From Coprothermobacterota bacterium (GTDB lineage Bacteria > Coprothermobacterota > Coprothermobacteria > Coprothermobacterales > Coprothermobacteraceae), in NCBI GenBank assembly GCA_036679065.1, contig JAZIGN010000003.1:128001-192000 (forward strand): 64,000 nucleotides of DNA. Direction: 5' to 3'. Of the stretch, positions 60,608 through 64,000 are shown piece by piece (the stretch's first letter is position 1; each line of letters starts with the position of its first letter). The notes under the pieces were generated by a model. It searched no databases, was not told where the DNA came from, and was given only the letters and a program-made list of their open reading frames with translations. The position numbers and the translations under genes were made by a program.

Positions 60608-62062
60608 TCATACCCGCGTATGCTTCCAGGCACCCGATTTGTACCTGCTGTAGATGAACACCGCTCTAAAAGCTTGGTCGCACAACTGAGCCACCCAAGC
60701 ACCCATGAGGCCCATGCCCATGGCGATGAACACGTGCACCAGTACAACTCTGATACCCCAAATACCAATGGCAGTGGAGTAAAGTGGCCAACGTGTATCA
60801 CCGGCGCCACGAAGGGCTCCAGCCAATATGAACTGAGTGGATTGCATGGGCTGCATTATGGCAAGTATTTTCAAAGCGTTTGCTGCTGCTCGAGCTACCT
60901 CTGGCTCATCAGTGTAAAGAAGTGCCACATCGTAGCCGAAGAAGAACAGCACAATGGCAATGGCCAAAGCAATTATGAGCCCCATCCTTCTTGCAGCTAA
61001 GCCCGCCTTCTCTGCCACATCGGGGTGCTTGGCACCCAAACTCTGGCCCACCATGGTAGTAGCCGCCATACCGAAAGCCTGCCCAGGGGTGAAAGTCAAA
61101 GAAGAAATGTTCACAGCCGTTTGGTGTGCGGCATACACCGCGGTGCCCAAACCAGCCACGGCACGAGAGAAAAAAACTTGACCCAACCGGAGAAGGAACT
61201 GCTCCATGGCAGAAGGAAGACCAATGCTGATTAAACGCTCTAAGAGATTCTTGTCGATGCGGTAATCGTCCTTAAGGGACACACCGATGATCTTGTTCTT
61301 ATTAAATATGGCTCGAAGTGCAAGGAACGCAGCCACGCCACGGCACAGTGTAGTGGATAACGCTGCTCCTGCCACGCCCATGGCAGGGAATCCAAACTTA
61401 CCAAAAATAAGCACATAATTTCCAAACACGTTAAGCAGGTTCGAAAAGAGGTTGTAGCGCATGGGTGTCATGGTGTCCCCGCTTCCCCTGAGAATAGCCC
61501 CAATATTCAGTGAGATTGTGGTAAAAAGCCATCCGAGGGAAACAATCTGCAAATAGCTCACGCTCATGGGGTAAACGTCAGGTTCTGCCCTCATAAAAGT
61601 GACTATGGCAGGAGAAAGCAAATAGCCGCCAATGGAAACTACCACGCCCAATATGGTTACCAAGACCAATGACTGACGTACTGTGGCTTTGGCATTCTTG
61701 ATGTCACCAGGACCGATAAAGCGTGCTACTAAGGCCGTACTGCCCACGTTTAGCGCTTGAAAAACAGCCAATGCCAGCATGGTAGGATGGTTGGTAAGGC
61801 CCACCGCCGTCAGGGCTTGGTAGCTTATGCGTCCTACCATGATCATGTCAACCATGCTAAACAGCGTACTTAGCAATAGCTCCACCATGGCAGGCCATGC
61901 TAATTGCCATACTCGCTTGCTTATGAGTTTTGGATTCTCAGCAAGCTCTTCAATGGAAATAACTTCTGATGTACTCCTACTTGGTGCTTCTATATCAGTT
62001 TCAGTTGATTTGTAATCTTCCAGGTTCTCTTCCTGGGGTGCTATGTATTCCGGTTTGTCCAA
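60608..62062 (-). CDS. MATE family efflux transporter
   Basis: LAWPAMVE, LRGSGDT..PM, GALRGAGDT. Confidence 0.93.
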   Translation of the reverse strand: MDKPEYIAPQEENLEDYKSTETDIEAPSRSTSEVISIEELAENPKLISKRVWQLAWPAMVELLLSTLFSMVDMIMVGRISYQALTAVGLTNHPTMLALAVFQALNVGSTALVARFIGPGDIKNAKATVRQSLVLVTILGVVVSIGGYLLSPAIVTFMRAEPDVYPMSVSYLQIVSLGWLFTTISLNIGAILRGSGDTMTPMRYNLFSNLLNVFGNYVLIFGKFGFPAMGVAGAALSTTLCRGVAAFLALRAIFNKNKIIGVSLKDDYRIDKNLLERLISIGLPSAMEQFLLRLGQVFFSRAVAGLGTAVYAAHQTAVNISSLTFTPGQAFGMAATTMVGQSLGAKHPDVAEKAGLAARRMGLIIALAIAIVLFFFGYDVALLYTDEPEVARAAANALKILAIMQPMQSTQFILAGALRGAGDTRWPLYSTAIGIWGIRVVLVHVFIAMGMGLMGAWVAQLCDQAFRAVFIYSRYKSGAWKHTRV

Positions 62063-62261
62063 TCGACAGACACCTCCTTGATAGCTATGAACTGACCTTC
62101 TCTGAGACGCCTACCAGAAACGGTTTGAAACGGTTTGTAGGCAAAATATTTTGCTTTACAAAACGATATTATATATAATACACTGTTTTACTCAAACTTG
62201 AAAGCAGCAGTGCGGTTAAGAAGCTTGCAGTTTCTTTGAGTGCGGCACCCGCCTTAGCCAG

Positions 62262-62314
62262 AAAAAAAGTAAGGGCTCACCCTCCTAAGGGCAAGCCCAG
62301 TGACCCTTTACTTT
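62262..62314 (-). terminator. Terminator after dnaN-yaaA
   Basis: Imperfect AGTAAAGGGTCAC / GTGAGCCCTTACT stem plus a T-run. Confidence 0.65.
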
Positions 62315-62330
62315 AGCTAATCAATGATTT

Positions 62331-62537
62331 TTAGCCTTTTATGAAATCAGAAACTTTGTATTTTTCTCCTGAAAGCTCTTCTAACCTTACTTCTACCACA
62401 TCGTCCAAGGAGAGCTTACGCGAACGCCGAGTTTCTACGGCACCGTTAACGTAAACCAAGCCTTCTTGTACAAGGTGTTTTGCCTCGCCCCCAGATATGT
62501 TGAGAACAATTTTCAAGAACTGCTGCAGTTCAATCAT
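62331..62537 (-). CDS. S4-domain RNA-binding protein (YaaA-like)
   Basis: IELQQFLK..GGEAK..V.VNG.VETRR.RKL. Confidence 0.85.
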   Translation of the reverse strand: MIELQQFLKIVLNISGGEAKHLVQEGLVYVNGAVETRRSRKLSLDDVVEVRLEELSGEKYKVSDFIKG

Positions 62538-62564
62538 GATGGCAAAGAGCACCCGCCGTCAGGA

Positions 62565-63650
62565 TCAGAGCTTCATGGGCATAACCAAACCCACGTAGTT
62601 TTCTGATGCCTCTGGCCTAATTACAATGGGATGGAGTGGACTGGTTAGCCCGAGCAACACGTTATCTTCATCAATGCCAGAAAGCACGTCCTGCAAATAA
62701 GCATAATTGCAAGCTATTTTCAAATCAGAACCTTCTTTCTCCACAGGAATACTCTCCACAAAGGACCCCAGCTCTGGTACCTCAGCAGCAATGGTTAAAC
62801 TGTTATCTTCAAGCGTAAGACGTACAGCGTCATCATAGGTTTTTGCAAGCATACCCGCACGGTCAAGCACATCACCCATGGTCTTCTTTGAAAGCCTAAC
62901 AGTGGTCTCCACGGTTTTCGGTATTACACTTCTCCAAGGCGGGTACTGCCCTTCTAACGTGCGAACAACCGCATAGATGACTTCATTTTCAAAAGCAACT
63001 TCGCCCTCTCCAAAGGTCACATATGCCACACTCCCAGTATTGACGAGCGTATCGCAAACATCGCTGAGCACATCAGCAGGCAGGCAAGCTGTATCGGTTA
63101 CCTGTAGATCTGTTTTGCAGGCAGCCAATCGGTGGCCATCGGTGCCAACTGCGATGAGAACACCTTCTGATCCATCCAGCAGGATGCCTTCCAAAACTGG
63201 ATTTCTTAGCTCACCTTTTGACACGTTCTTTTTTACCGCGTCCACAGCTTTTTTGAGAGTAGCAGTATCAACAGTAAATGTGTTCCCCTGGAGCACCTCT
63301 AGCTCTGGGTATTCCTCAGGTGGAAGGGTTGAAAGTTTTAGTGAGGCAGTGCCAGAGGAAACCAATAAGAAGTTATCACCTAATTCCAAATTAACTTCAG
63401 AACCAGGAGCTTTCTTGATAAAATCGCTAAAAAACTTGGCAGGGACTGTTGTGCGTAGTTCTTCTGATGACTCCAATGGTATTTTGTATGAAAGAGCACT
63501 TTTCATATCAGTCCCGGTTATCTTCAGAGCACCGTCGGTGGTTTCCAGTAGTATGTTGTACAAAACCGGCTGAGTGGTTTTCTTGGGAACATGCCTGAGC
63601 ACGGCTTCTAAAGACTGAATAAACTGGTCTTTCCCTAATGTTATTGGCAT
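62565..63650 (-). CDS. dnaN: DNA polymerase III beta clamp
   Basis: GTD, PAKFF, GTDGHRL, EGQYP, VMPMKL; start at ATG 63650 after GGGGAGG. Confidence 0.96.
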   Translation of the reverse strand: MPITLGKDQFIQSLEAVLRHVPKKTTQPVLYNILLETTDGALKITGTDMKSALSYKIPLESSEELRTTVPAKFFSDFIKKAPGSEVNLELGDNFLLVSSGTASLKLSTLPPEEYPELEVLQGNTFTVDTATLKKAVDAVKKNVSKGELRNPVLEGILLDGSEGVLIAVGTDGHRLAACKTDLQVTDTACLPADVLSDVCDTLVNTGSVAYVTFGEGEVAFENEVIYAVVRTLEGQYPPWRSVIPKTVETTVRLSKKTMGDVLDRAGMLAKTYDDAVRLTLEDNSLTIAAEVPELGSFVESIPVEKEGSDLKIACNYAYLQDVLSGIDEDNVLLGLTSPLHPIVIRPEASENYVGLVMPMKL

Positions 63651-63942
63651 AACGCGTGTACCTCCCCACAACTGTTTATTCGTATGGCTCTTAAACTTTT
63701 CGAGTGCATTCAAGTTATCTTCGTTCCTGTGTGCTTTGTGTGTTCTTGCCTTACTATGTAATTTTAGCACAGGCGCCTTCGCCTGGTTCTATCAGCTTTA
63801 GCAAGTAAGAAGGAATATGAGGTTCCTTGCACTATCTGCTCTGCACTCTCACACATGACATCCCCTTTCTCTTTCTTAGTTCATGGGCTTAAAATTCTTT
63901 GTTTATAATCATGAATAACTAATGGAAGGAGGCTGATAGATT

Positions 63943-64000
63943 TTGTCAACCCCTTGGGCAGTAATGTGGGGCATACTCATCCCGTTCATCGGAACATCAG
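63943..64000 (+). CDS. Start of a probable ZIP-family metal transporter (truncated by the window)
   Basis: GGAAGGAGG RBS, TTG, then STPWAVMWGILIPFIGTS, resembling GufA/ZupT N-termini. Confidence 0.5.
   Translation, partial: MSTPWAVMWGILIPFIGTS

Noticed and set aside
63651..63940. oriC upstream of dnaN
   Set aside because: No DnaA-box cluster and no dnaA gene visible

Overview
Bacterial chromosomal window whose gene content suggests a thermophilic, proteolytic anaerobe; by recall it looks Coprothermobacter-like, but this is unverified. It contains two separate minor-pilin cassettes, guaAB, an NTPase-TPR-GGDEF protein, cheW and an MCP. It also has four tandem membrane paralogs, a PspC/toast-rack/ECF-sigma envelope-stress operon, queD-folE2, several ABC systems, an O-antigen-ligase-family gene with a decayed duplicate, and a guanine-riboswitch-controlled NCS2 permease. 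A large surface-protein region follows (S-layer-like protein, lactocepin-like S8 protease, tupABC), then an IS200/IS605 element (tnpA+tnpB) inside a partly deleted mrp gene, a starch/maltodextrin locus, a MATE pump, and dnaN-yaaA not adjacent to dnaA. The most notable signals are: (1) a sigma54-type promoter followed by a ~250-nt leader on the S-layer-like gene, carrying ~8 copies of UUGAUCACCUAAG, whose GAUCACCU core matches the 16S rRNA 3' end, with one more exact copy in the protease leader; (2) a starch-capture system in which enzyme, non-catalytic triple-repeat protein and maltodextrin-binding protein all carry a Cu-amine-oxidase-N ('stalk') domain; (3) an IS with readable guide/cleavage sites, a TnpB lacking the canonical RuvC-II Glu, and a host-gene deletion between two TTTAC targets; (4) frequent leaderless genes, including a 21-bp bidirectional promoter.
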